Shown here piece by piece: positions 34,701 through 43,783 of a stretch of 64,000 nucleotides of DNA. Position 1 is the stretch's first letter. The number at the start of each line of letters is the position of its first letter. Source of the stretch: Candidatus Blackburnbacteria bacterium (lineage in GTDB: Bacteria; Patescibacteriota; Microgenomatia; UBA8517; UBA10165); NCBI GenBank assembly GCA_016183565.1, contig JACPEJ010000001.1:114257-178256 (forward strand), written 5' to 3'. Position numbers and translations under genes: made by a program. The notes under the pieces are model-generated. The model saw nothing but the letters and a program-made list of their open reading frames with translations. It was not told where the DNA came from and did no database searches.

Positions 34701-36227
34701 TTAAACAGAAAGGGCTTTTAGAATGCCAGGGCTAGTTCTTTTCCAGATTTCTACTCCTCCTACTGTTTCAAGATACAAGTAGTTTTTTTGTAAGAAGCTG
34801 TAGAATCCAGGGAATGATCTTTTTTCTTCTTGGACAATAAGTATGTATTTTGGTTTGTTTTCTTCGAGTGATTGTAGGGTTTCTGAGGTTCTGTTAAAGT
34901 CAGAAATGTGGAATGATGTTGTGTATCTTCCTGATGGTACCCGGTGGGAGAGTGCGTAAAGTTCAGGCATAGTTCCCCAGATAAATATTCTGTCATTCTT
35001 ACTGGTTCTGTTTGTAATTATTTCCCCGAGCTCGTAAATTAGTGGAGTTCTTTTGTCAAAGTATTCAAAATATGCTTTTTTATCTTTTTGTCCGGTTGCA
35101 AATTTTAGGAAGTTTTCATAATAAGTTGTACTTCTATAGTAGCCGAATTGATAAAAGCTGAGGGTAAATACGAAAAGGATTAGGAATGGGACTGGTAAGA
35201 AGCGGAACTTTTCTTTTCCGAATGACAAGATGGCAATTAGTAATGCGAGAGGTGGGACTACTTGAATAATATAGTGCGGGTATGGTCTTCCTGAGAGAAG
35301 GGATGCGAATAGAGCAAAAGTAAACCATAAAGAAGCGAATAGGGTTATTTTGTCAAATCGGTGTTTGAATATAAAAAGTAGAAAAATAATGATAGAAAAA
35401 ATTATCGCACGGGTGGTTAATCCTGCTTGTGCGAGTGTGCTTATAAAGGTAACTGATGGGGTTGACCATTGCGAGATGTAGGTAAAGTTTTGAGTCCATG
35501 CTGTGTCAAGGTATTGGGTTAGCGATCCTTGGGACCAGTAATAAAGAACACTTACCAGTGCAGGGCTTACAAGTCCTATTGTTAGTAAGAGAATATTTCT
35601 GCCGGTTTTTAGGATTTCTTTCTTTGTGGAAATTGTAAATATTAGGAATGTACACAAAGCTAAGAAGTCGAATATTGCGGGTACCTTGAAAAGTGTTGAG
35701 ATAGAAAACAAGGCCCCTGCCAAAAAGAGATTCTTTGGTGTTTCTTTTTTAGAAAAAATGATAAGTAAGGCGGGTATTGTTGATCCGATCATGAAAAGCT
35801 CGCTGTTTACGATATTTCCTTCGAGAAGTGGTAGTGTTGTCAGTAGGATAAATATTGTGTTGGCGAGAAGAAGTGCTTTCTTGTTTGTTTCGAAGACTTT
35901 TTCTGTGAGCTTCCAAAAGAGTACGACTGTGGTTGTGTGCCAGATTAGGAGTGTAAGTTTAAACCAAAAGAGGGATCCCGCGATTGCTGCAATTAAGTAG
36001 ATTGCTGGTGGTTTGTGGTCAAACATGTCTTTATATAAAACCAATCCTTGTTTGATTCCTTCTCCTAGGGTTAGGTATATTCCTTCATCACCATACCAAT
36101 AGGGCTCAAAGAGAGATGGGATTCGCAGTAGGATTACCAAAAGCACTAAACCCACAAGAGGGGTAAGAGTTACTTTTTCTCCGAGGATGCTAACGTTTTT
36201 TGCTTTGGTTATTTTTGAGAACTTCAT
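34701..36227 (-). CDS. GT-C fold glycosyltransferase (GT39/GT83, ArnT/PMT-like)
   Basis: First-loop motif YWYGDEGIY...DHKPP, more than 10 TM helices, 508 aa. Confidence 0.55.
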   Translation of the reverse strand: MKFSKITKAKNVSILGEKVTLTPLVGLVLLVILLRIPSLFEPYWYGDEGIYLTLGEGIKQGLVLYKDMFDHKPPAIYLIAAIAGSLFWFKLTLLIWHTTTVVLFWKLTEKVFETNKKALLLANTIFILLTTLPLLEGNIVNSELFMIGSTIPALLIIFSKKETPKNLFLAGALFSISTLFKVPAIFDFLALCTFLIFTISTKKEILKTGRNILLLTIGLVSPALVSVLYYWSQGSLTQYLDTAWTQNFTYISQWSTPSVTFISTLAQAGLTTRAIIFSIIIFLLFIFKHRFDKITLFASLWFTFALFASLLSGRPYPHYIIQVVPPLALLIAILSFGKEKFRFLPVPFLILFVFTLSFYQFGYYRSTTYYENFLKFATGQKDKKAYFEYFDKRTPLIYELGEIITNRTSKNDRIFIWGTMPELYALSHRVPSGRYTTSFHISDFNRTSETLQSLEENKPKYILIVQEEKRSFPGFYSFLQKNYLYLETVGGVEIWKRTSPGILKALSV

Positions 36228-36237
36228 GTAATTGAGT

Positions 36238-37938
36238 TTACCAGAAAACCTTCTTTAGGAGGAGGTTTATTGAAAGAAGGGTGGTTAGGGAAATTAGGGA
36301 GATTAGGGAGGTTGTGTTTGCTATTTTACGAAGGGGTGTTTCTTGGAAGGTGGTGGTAATTTGAAAGCTGCCGCTGGGGAGGGAATAGACAATTCTTCCG
36401 GGGAAGTTCCTGTCTTGGTATGAGAAGTCAAGGTCTTTGCCGTTTGCTTGTAGGTTCCAGCCGGGGTAGTATGCAGTGTTTTCTACTACTAAAACTGGAG
36501 TTTGAGAGACTATTTTATATTCATGACTTGCTGTTTTCCAGGAGGTGATGCTTACCCTTCCTTCTCCGCTCACAATTTCTACTCTGCTCTTCGGGATTTG
36601 GGAGGGTTTTGGCTCAAACCAAATGGGGAATTGCTCATCAGCCCAAGTTGTGGATCCAGCAATTGGTTTATTGCTAGGCAGGTCTACACTAGCTCTTTTG
36701 TCTACTTTCCAGTAATCCTTGCTTAAGAAAAGAAGAAGGCTGATTACCAATATTGCGATGAGTGGACTTAGGTGCTTGAGATCTAGTTTTTTAGCACCTT
36801 CGTTAATTGTAAAGACAGATGCTCCGGCTAGGACTGAAGTAGAAAGAACTGTCCATGATAAAAATCTCCAAGGAAATTGGGTAAAAGCAAGGAGAGGTAA
36901 TTTATCCCAAAGGAGTCTTGAATAAGGAAGCATGAGAAAGATTGAAAGGAAAAATACTCCGATATAAAAGGCGGTGTGTATTGCCCTGAATTGGTGTTTT
37001 TTCCAAAGAAGAAAAAGGATAATTGTTCCGAGAAGTAAAGCTGTCAGATGCAGAAGTCCTACTTGAAAGGATATTTCGTCAGAGGAGCCGGCTATTGATG
37101 CTCCAAATTCCCACTTTCGTTGCCATAGTTGTTCTGGGGAAACAAAATGATCGGGGTAGTCTTTACCGATTGTTTGGTCAAGCCTCACGTATTCTTTTTC
37201 GGCCAGAGAAGGGATCCAGAAAAAAGCTGAGAGCAAGAGTCCTATTGTACCAACAGCAGTAAAATACAAAAGTAAGACAAGTTGTTTTTTTAAGAGAACA
37301 TGGAAAAGCATAAACAAACCAAGGACGATAGTGAAAATGAAAGCCATTATGTTGTGTGATAGTACAAGGAGTGCGTAGGAAACACCTGCAAGAAGGGTGT
37401 ATCTAAGCCGTTTTCTTGACTCTCCTTCTGCTATTTTTTCTGTGAACATAAACAAAAGAGGGAGAATTACAAAGGCAAGGTGTTCGGCAAGTGCGCCGCG
37501 CACGTACACATTTAAGAAGCGATATGGTGCGTATATATAAAAGATTCCTGAGACTAAACCTCCCCAGTTTCCCCAATGGTTGCGTTGCCATAAAAACATA
37601 GTAATACCTGAAAGCACGAGACTTCCCAGGGAGACCATGTTTAGTGAGATGGTGAAGTTTGCACCAAGTAAATGAACTGCTTCCCCGAGCCAGTAGACAA
37701 GAGGGTAATTAAAGTTGAAGAAATAGTAGCCGTAACCATACATTAGGTTTTTACTTAGACGGGGAGGAAAATGACCGTCTTTTAATGCAATATCAAATTC
37801 TTGTAGTCTTATGATGTGTCCTATTCCGTCGTGTGTTGTGAAGTAGCTGGGTTTGAGAAGCTCCCAAGATGCGGGGATTGCGAGAAGAATTAAAAGTATG
37901 ACGAACAGGGGTGTTAGGACAGTTTTTAGACTATTCAT
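36238..37938 (-). CDS. Large polytopic membrane protein, probable GT-C family glycosyltransferase (hypothetical)
   Basis: 566 aa, multi-TM N-half, periplasmic C-domain, HDGIGHIIRLQEF loop motif. Confidence 0.4.
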   Translation of the reverse strand: MNSLKTVLTPLFVILLILLAIPASWELLKPSYFTTHDGIGHIIRLQEFDIALKDGHFPPRLSKNLMYGYGYYFFNFNYPLVYWLGEAVHLLGANFTISLNMVSLGSLVLSGITMFLWQRNHWGNWGGLVSGIFYIYAPYRFLNVYVRGALAEHLAFVILPLLFMFTEKIAEGESRKRLRYTLLAGVSYALLVLSHNIMAFIFTIVLGLFMLFHVLLKKQLVLLLYFTAVGTIGLLLSAFFWIPSLAEKEYVRLDQTIGKDYPDHFVSPEQLWQRKWEFGASIAGSSDEISFQVGLLHLTALLLGTIILFLLWKKHQFRAIHTAFYIGVFFLSIFLMLPYSRLLWDKLPLLAFTQFPWRFLSWTVLSTSVLAGASVFTINEGAKKLDLKHLSPLIAILVISLLLFLSKDYWKVDKRASVDLPSNKPIAGSTTWADEQFPIWFEPKPSQIPKSRVEIVSGEGRVSITSWKTASHEYKIVSQTPVLVVENTAYYPGWNLQANGKDLDFSYQDRNFPGRIVYSLPSGSFQITTTFQETPLRKIANTTSLISLISLTTLLSINLLLKKVFW

Positions 37939-37957
37939 CGTGCTTTGAGATTAAATA

Positions 37958-39451
37958 CTAGATCTTTTCTGTAACGCGATATTCTAGGTATTTTCCTAAC
38001 ATTAATCGAGTGTGGGCATCTAGTCCTGGTAGTGCTCCAAAGATAAAACCAACTACTGGCATTAGTATGTATTCGAATGGTACCAACCACCCTCGCCAGG
38101 CGGGAACGGTTGCTGGCCTTGGTGGTTTATGTTTTGATTCAATAATAAGCATGATTATTAAGAAGGAGAGTGCTATTGTAAGGATGATTGAGGAGAGACC
38201 TGGTAGTGTGTATCCGATAACTGTTCTTGAGAATTCTGGGTTGAGTAACACTGGTGCTGAAATGCCGAGTGTGATGATAAACCAGTTTACTGGCCAGAGG
38301 AAATGGTCACGTATTAGAGTAATTAGCCTAAAGGTTTTTGTTAGCAAAGGCACGTTTGGGGTTAAGAGGAAGTTTTTTATAACATAGGGGTCATCGGATA
38401 CGCCCCAAGCCCAACGTTGGTATTGGAAGTATTGACTTTTGATGGTTCCCCAGGTGCTATTTCCTTCTGCTGCGTCGGCAAAAAGGGGTAGATATATTGC
38501 TTCTACTTCTACTTTGCCTTGTGTTTTATAAAAGGCTTTAAAAAAGATGTGGTAATCTTCTGGGATTATGTCTGGATCCCAGTATCCTACTTGGTCGAGG
38601 AGATAGAAAGACAAAGAGTAATTTTGCGCATTGACCAGGCGATCTTTTCTTGGAAGTTGGGAGAGATTCCAAATTGAGGATAGAGAGTTAAGGACCCTTG
38701 TTATTGCTGGGAGCTTCCAGATATTTTGGTAAAAAAGCACTGCGGGTTGCCAGAATTTGTGGTGTCTGTCGGGGTCGGTTAAAAACTTATAGGTGAGGTA
38801 GGAGAAGTGTTTTGGGTGGTAGTAGTGATCTGCGTCACAAGAGGTTATGGTCATGTACTTGATGTCCATTTTTTTCTTGTCGACAAGTTTTTTTTTGGCT
38901 TCTAGAGCGGCGTGTCGTTCGTTTGAGGATTTACCTACCACTTCTCCGGGGACTAATTTGTGTACTGTTACTAGAAGGTTTCCAAAGAGTTTCCCAAACT
39001 CTTTTCTTAGAGCTGTTGCCTTTTCTTTTCTTGCGGTTTCATCTTCTTTGAATTCCATTGCTAATACTATGTGTAGTTGCTTTAAAGGTAAGTCTTGGTT
39101 GGCAATGGAGCTTAGAGTTCTTCGAAGTATATGTATTGGTTCTTTGTAGGTTGGTATGACTACTACATGGTGTACTTTTTTCCAGCCTGGGAATTTTTGT
39201 ATGTCACTTTTCCAGTCGTATTTTTTGGATGCTTCTATGCGAAGATGTGAGACGCTTGAGGTAATGGCGATAGTTAGACCTTGGAAAAACCAATAAATGT
39301 CAAAAAGGAGAACAAAGTAGGCAACAACCATGGGGATAAAAAGAATTCCCCAGTAGGGAAAAAGTATTAGGTTCCAAGATACGAAACCTGGGAGGATTTC
39401 AAGTACTCGGTGAAACCCCTTCTTATGCGCAAGAACAAACTTTTGGAACAT
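37958..39451 (-). CDS. Membrane-bound GT2 family glycosyltransferase (processive synthase-like)
   Basis: VVIPTYKEP...D..D, QPAVLFYQNIW and RWAWG-like motifs. Start set at MFQKFVLAHKK (39451); the longer ORF-track N-terminus extends into the neighbouring region without support. Confidence 0.6.
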   Translation of the reverse strand: MFQKFVLAHKKGFHRVLEILPGFVSWNLILFPYWGILFIPMVVAYFVLLFDIYWFFQGLTIAITSSVSHLRIEASKKYDWKSDIQKFPGWKKVHHVVVIPTYKEPIHILRRTLSSIANQDLPLKQLHIVLAMEFKEDETARKEKATALRKEFGKLFGNLLVTVHKLVPGEVVGKSSNERHAALEAKKKLVDKKKMDIKYMTITSCDADHYYHPKHFSYLTYKFLTDPDRHHKFWQPAVLFYQNIWKLPAITRVLNSLSSIWNLSQLPRKDRLVNAQNYSLSFYLLDQVGYWDPDIIPEDYHIFFKAFYKTQGKVEVEAIYLPLFADAAEGNSTWGTIKSQYFQYQRWAWGVSDDPYVIKNFLLTPNVPLLTKTFRLITLIRDHFLWPVNWFIITLGISAPVLLNPEFSRTVIGYTLPGLSSIILTIALSFLIIMLIIESKHKPPRPATVPAWRGWLVPFEYILMPVVGFIFGALPGLDAHTRLMLGKYLEYRVTEKI

Positions 39452-39533
39452 ATTGGGCTTTTGGAGTATTTTACCATATTTTAATTTGACTCTTATACTA
39501 TGAGTTTGGTGTAATGTGTCTCTAACTGTCTGA

Positions 39534-40313
39534 TTGGCAGATGGCTCGCACCTTGACGTTTCAAGGCTAAAACCTAAAGGGAGTGACACCCTCGTGAATA
39601 TACGGACAACCTTGGTAGACCGCAGGCTCGTAGCAGCGGTACTCGAAGGTATCCCCGAGTTGCCTGAGAGCGTGGTAAAGTACCACCTTGCGCATTTGGA
39701 CGACCTGCATCGCGCCATAGCTGAGATGCTTCTGGTACCCATGTCGTCCTGTGCCTTCAAGCCCGGAGTTTTGGAGGCTGTACGTTTGCTCGGAGGTCAG
39801 TACGCCGAGGCTCGGCTAACCCAAGTTCCTGGCAACGAGACTCTCGAGTCCCAGCGCAGGACTCAGGTGATCAAGTTCTGGACCGACTGGCACTTCAAGT
39901 CCATGAAGGAGGGTGAGGAGCTGCAAATCAGCCCCAGCTTGGGAACAGAGGTTGTCTACCTCCACAACCTGGTCGAGGGCAGCCTCCGCTGCACCTTTGA
40001 TCGAGTCGAAGGGAAAAAGTGCGTGGAAGATATCCTCACACAACTACCTGTGGTGGAAGGTCTCCGCTGGGTAGTTGGCAATTCGTCGACCATTACGCGA
40101 GTCTTGGCCAACCACCTGAGAGACACCGGACAGTATCTATTGCCGACCTGGACCTGGACATGGACAACAGACACTTACAAGTTGTCCGAGCCCGGAGGCC
40201 TTCACCGCTTGCTCGTTGGCGACTTCGGCTCGTTCGGTGTCCATGTCAGCAACTACCCACCTGGCTATTGGGATGACAGCTTTGGCCTCTTTGTTCTGGG
40301 AGTTCCCGCCTAA
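39534..40313 (+). CDS. Hypothetical protein in a compositionally anomalous (about 57% GC) segment; likely horizontally acquired
   Basis: 259-aa ORF in a 0.9-kb GC-rich block with abrupt boundaries. Many overlapping ORFs on both strands, as expected for high GC. Followed by a stem-loop terminator at about 40343-40395. Confidence 0.3.
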   Translation: MADGSHLDVSRLKPKGSDTLVNIRTTLVDRRLVAAVLEGIPELPESVVKYHLAHLDDLHRAIAEMLLVPMSSCAFKPGVLEAVRLLGGQYAEARLTQVPGNETLESQRRTQVIKFWTDWHFKSMKEGEELQISPSLGTEVVYLHNLVEGSLRCTFDRVEGKKCVEDILTQLPVVEGLRWVVGNSSTITRVLANHLRDTGQYLLPTWTWTWTTDTYKLSEPGGLHRLLVGDFGSFGVHVSNYPPGYWDDSFGLFVLGVPA

Positions 40314-40430
40314 CGGCGAAGGCCTGCCTAGGACATTCCCGGGCACGGATTTGCATTAATTTGCACGTTCGTGCCCTTTTCTTTTGCTAAAATGGTGTGA
40401 GAGAGCGCTTTTTGGAAATTAGATTGATAG

Positions 40431-40679
40431 AGAAAGCTGGGGTATGGCATTGACTTTTTGGGGTATGTTGTTTTACCTCATCACAAGTTGGTGCGCACAA
40501 AAACAAAAAGAAGAATATTCAGAAAAATTAAACAAAAATTGGAAGATTTTAGAAATAAAAATCTTGACTCAAGCACATTCAACCAGAGTGTTCAGTCTTA
40601 TCTTGGGGTATTAAGCCATGCGAATACCCACGAACTAACAGAAAATCTTAAAAACCAGATATGGATTGAGACTGTTTAG
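40431..40679 (+). pseudogene. C-terminal fragment of a reverse transcriptase (motif-7 FLGY plus thumb-like tail); no RT body
   Basis: Open frame after a TAG gives RKLGYGIDFLGYVVLPHHKLVRTKTKRRIFRKIKQKLEDF...SYLGVLSHANTHEL. The FLGY motif and basic thumb resemble retron/group II/DGR-type RT C-termini. No upstream RT domains 1-6 are present. Confidence 0.4.
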
Positions 40680-40720
40680 GCTAGCCTTGGGAAAAGAGGT
40701 TCGGTGGACCATTTTGTTGC

Positions 40721-40749
40721 TTGACGTTCTGTACAAAATTTTGTAATAT
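40721..40749 (+). promoter_or_regulatory. Promoter (TTGACG-17 nt-TAATAT) with an embedded perfect 14-bp palindrome tacaaaattttgta (40732-40745); putative antitoxin operator
   Basis: Read directly; sits upstream of the phd-like gene at 40755. Confidence 0.5.
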
Positions 40750-40754
40750 TAGCT

Positions 40755-41030
40755 GTGGTTAAAACTTTACCTATTACTAAAGCGCGGGAGGAGTTGACAG
40801 AGCTGGTTAATAAGGCTAACAAGCTACTTAACGAGTACGTGATTACGGTTAATGGTGAGCCCAGGGCGGTTTTGATGTCAATTGCCGAGTATGGATCTTG
40901 GAAGGAAACAGTGGATATACTCAGTGACACTGGTTTGGTTAGTGCCATTAAGAAAGGCGAGGAAGATATAGAAAAAGGACGTTATATTACTTTTGAGCAG
41001 TTGAAAAAAGAACTCAAATTGGGTATATAG
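40755..41030 (+). CDS. Phd/YefM family antitoxin (second copy)
   Basis: VKTLPITKAREELTELVNKA...EPRAVLMSIAEYGSWKETVDIL; GTG start. Confidence 0.75.
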   Translation: MVKTLPITKAREELTELVNKANKLLNEYVITVNGEPRAVLMSIAEYGSWKETVDILSDTGLVSAIKKGEEDIEKGRYITFEQLKKELKLGI

Positions 41031-41080
41031 AACCTGTTTCAACTACGTATAAAAGATTTTCTCCGAAAATCTCTTCAACT

Positions 41081-41332
41081 TTGTATAAATTATTTATTTC
41101 TACTAGAGTCAAGAGAGAGCTTAAGAAGATTTCTAGATCTCATAAGGAAGCAATTGTTAATGCTCTAATGGAATTGAAAGACGATCCTCTAGTTGGTAAG
41201 CCTTTGACTCGTGAGCTGACAGGGAAGTTTAGTCTAAGGGTAGGAACATATCGCGTAATATACAAAATTAATAGGCAAGACAAAATTATTTATATTTTGA
41301 CTGCAGGACATCGTTCGACTGTTTACAACTGA
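41081..41332 (+). CDS. RelE/ParE family toxin (second Phd/RelE pair)
   Basis: GKFSLRVGTYRVIYKINRQDKIIYILTAGHRSTVY. Confidence 0.8.
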   Translation: MYKLFISTRVKRELKKISRSHKEAIVNALMELKDDPLVGKPLTRELTGKFSLRVGTYRVIYKINRQDKIIYILTAGHRSTVYN

Positions 41333-41334
41333 AT

Positions 41335-42732
41335 TTAAATCCTTGGGAAAAGGGGTTCGGTGAAGGAGATTTTGGGGCCTTTAAATTGTTTTTCGATTTT
41401 TTCTGCGGTTTTGGGGAGAAAAGGTTTGAGCAAGGAGGCAATTTCGTTGATTTTGACAACGAGGTGCTCTAGAGTTTGTTTTAGACTTTCCCCTTCTTGT
41501 TCCCATGGGCGATTCTCGTCAATGAATTTGTTGGCTTCGGATATTTTTTCCCAGACAAAGCTAACGGAGTCATTGAGCCGAAACTCTTCGAGTGTTTTGT
41601 GATAGGGTGCAAATTGAGGGTTTTGAATGTTGACTTTGGCAGGCGGGAATTCAAAATTACTTGATTCAGCGATTTTTGCGACTCGGGATACTAGATTTCC
41701 GAGATTATTTGCCAGGTCAGAATTGTAAGTGTCTTTAATTGTGGAAAGTTTGATGTCAGTATCTTCAGTAAGAGGACCGTAGCGAAGAAAGTAGTGTCTG
41801 GTACCATCTACGCCAAATTCTTTTACTAACTCTGTTGGCCGAATAATGTTACCTAAAGATTTACTGATCTTCTGGCCATCGATTGTAGCAAATCCGTGGC
41901 CGTAAATTGTTTTAGGGAGAGGGTATCCAGCGCTCTTGAGCATAGCAGGCCATAAGAGAGCGTGCCAGCGAACGTTATCTTTACCTAGTATGTGAACACT
42001 TGCGGGCCAAAAGTCAGGTGCTCCGGAAATATAATTTAGCAAGGCGTCGAACCACACATAAAAAACATGTTTTGGATCATTGGGTATTGGTATGCCCCAG
42101 CTAACCTTATCTCTTTGTCTGGATATAGCTATATCTCGCAACCCTTGGTCTAAAAAGGCCAGCATCTCGTTTTTTCTGGCTTCTGGTTTTATAAAATTTG
42201 GGTTTTCTTCTATGTGATTTCTCAAGAAATTTTCATATTTGGACCAAGTGAAGAAATAATTTTCCTCTTCAATAGATTGAAGTTCTCGTGTGGGATGTAA
42301 CGGGCACTTCCCATCAACAATCTCACCCTCGGTTTTATAAGATTCACACCCCACACAATAAAGGCCCTTATAAGTTCCTTTATAAATATCACCATTACTT
42401 TTAACTTTGAGATAGAATTCCCTTACTAATTCTTTATGATCCGGGTCGGTTGTTCTAATGAATCGATCGTAACTTATGTTTAGGGAGTCTATCTGCTCTT
42501 TATCTTTTGCCGAGATTTCATCAACAAACTCTTTGGGTTCTTTACCAGCTTTTTTTGCAGCTTGCTCGCTTGTGGTCCCGTGTTCGTCTGTGCCGGTTAA
42601 AAAGAAAGTTTTGTCTCCAAGTTGTCTATGGTAGCGGGCCAAAACATCAGCCAATATCTTTTGATAAGCATGACCTATGTGGATTACATCATTTGTGTAA
42701 TCAATTGCTGTAGTAATGTAATATTTATTCAT
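41335..42732 (-). CDS. metG: Methionine--tRNA ligase
   Basis: HIGHAY (DVIHIGHAYQKILADVLARY) and KISKSLGN class-I motifs; zinc knuckle CVGCESY...CPLH. Confidence 0.9.
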   Translation of the reverse strand: MNKYYITTAIDYTNDVIHIGHAYQKILADVLARYHRQLGDKTFFLTGTDEHGTTSEQAAKKAGKEPKEFVDEISAKDKEQIDSLNISYDRFIRTTDPDHKELVREFYLKVKSNGDIYKGTYKGLYCVGCESYKTEGEIVDGKCPLHPTRELQSIEEENYFFTWSKYENFLRNHIEENPNFIKPEARKNEMLAFLDQGLRDIAISRQRDKVSWGIPIPNDPKHVFYVWFDALLNYISGAPDFWPASVHILGKDNVRWHALLWPAMLKSAGYPLPKTIYGHGFATIDGQKISKSLGNIIRPTELVKEFGVDGTRHYFLRYGPLTEDTDIKLSTIKDTYNSDLANNLGNLVSRVAKIAESSNFEFPPAKVNIQNPQFAPYHKTLEEFRLNDSVSFVWEKISEANKFIDENRPWEQEGESLKQTLEHLVVKINEIASLLKPFLPKTAEKIEKQFKGPKISFTEPLFPRI

Positions 42733-42747
42733 GGTTTATCTTAGCAT

Positions 42748-42768
42748 AAAAAAAGCCCCTTTCGGGGC
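42748..42768 (-). terminator. Rho-independent terminator (gccccgaaaggggc + T7) for the YerC-like gene
   Basis: Stem-loop with a T run on the minus strand, between the YerC-like gene and the metG start. Confidence 0.6.
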
Positions 42769-42893
42769 TATAGACTTATTGGGTCTTTTTTAGCCCCGTC
42801 CTCGCTCCTTTTTCATTTGCATATTTTTAGTTTCAAACATTAGGTTTATTGTAGTTAAGCGGATTGCTCTTGTCAAATCTGGGTTGTCAAAAG

Positions 42894-43256
42894 TTAGCTC
42901 AATCTTTTGGTGAACTTTTTGATTCTTTCTGCCCAGACTTTTGCCCATTCGTCTGCTTTAATGTGTTGAAGAGCTAATCTTGCTCCTTTGTGCTTTTTCA
43001 TTGTTTCCTGGACGCTGGCAACAGTTGCACTGGAGACTTTAAGATTTGTTCGGATGTTGTTGTAACCCCTACCTTTGTCTAGCCAATATGCAATGGCTAG
43101 TCTTTTTGCCATTGTTTCGTGTTCTGATTTTGATAGGAATGCTTCCAATAAAAGACCAATTTCCTCAGGAGTTTTTAGGTCAGCGATAAGCTCGTGAAGT
43201 GTTGTGAACAGCTCTTTTTCTAAATGCTTGTTGATTCTATTTTTAGAAACCCGCAT
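42894..43256 (-). CDS. TrpR-related YerC/YecD family DNA-binding protein
   Basis: 120 aa; LLTPEEIGLLLEAF...MAKRLAIAYWLDKGRGYNNI matches the TrpR-like fold family. Confidence 0.65.
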   Translation of the reverse strand: MRVSKNRINKHLEKELFTTLHELIADLKTPEEIGLLLEAFLSKSEHETMAKRLAIAYWLDKGRGYNNIRTNLKVSSATVASVQETMKKHKGARLALQHIKADEWAKVWAERIKKFTKRLS

Positions 43257-43306
43257 GTTTTAGAGCAGTTTGTTTGGTTGAAGTTTACAGTCTTATATTG
43301 GTAATG

Positions 43307-43783
43307 TCAATCTCTTGTAAGGTAATACTCTAATGCAGTTAGGATGCTAATTATTAAGATGAGATTTAGCCAAGTTCCGGCTCCAAAGTGTCCTAATACG
43401 ATAAAAAGGGAAATACCACTACTTATCAAGAATCCACGGCGTGTGTTTGCAAGTATTAGGGCCCAGATAAAAAGAAGTGATAAAAATGTTAATACTAAAA
43501 AGAGAATTGGGAGGAGTGGTAATTCGGGGGGAACAAAGAAAAAGATTGTTGACCATATTCCGATAAGGAGGAGTACGATGGTAAGTGCTGGTAGAAAGTT
43601 TTTTTTGTGCTTCACTCTCTCTTTGAGCATTATGTTATGATACACCAAAGTTAGCTGTGGTAGAATTAAGGACTTTATGACGCAAGAGATGTTCTTGGTA
43701 TTGATAGTAGTTGCTGGTGGTTTTTTAGGGATTGTTTGGATAGTGAACAGACGATTATCAAAAATTAGCGAGAACAACACCAA
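43307..43783 (-). CDS. Hypothetical membrane protein
   Basis: 158-aa hydrophobic ORF; its 5' region overlaps rmuC on the opposite strand. Confidence 0.3.
   Translation of the reverse strand: MVLFSLIFDNRLFTIQTIPKKPPATTINTKNISCVIKSLILPQLTLVYHNIMLKERVKHKKNFLPALTIVLLLIGIWSTIFFFVPPELPLLPILFLVLTFLSLLFIWALILANTRRGFLISSGISLFIVLGHFGAGTWLNLILIISILTALEYYLTRD

Noticed and set aside
39816-40346. Multiple overlapping ORFs on both strands (39816..40043-, 39956..40174-, 40019..40276+, 40137..40346-)
   Set aside because: Typical chance ORFs in a high-GC segment; only the longest (39534..40313) is retained, and that with low confidence.
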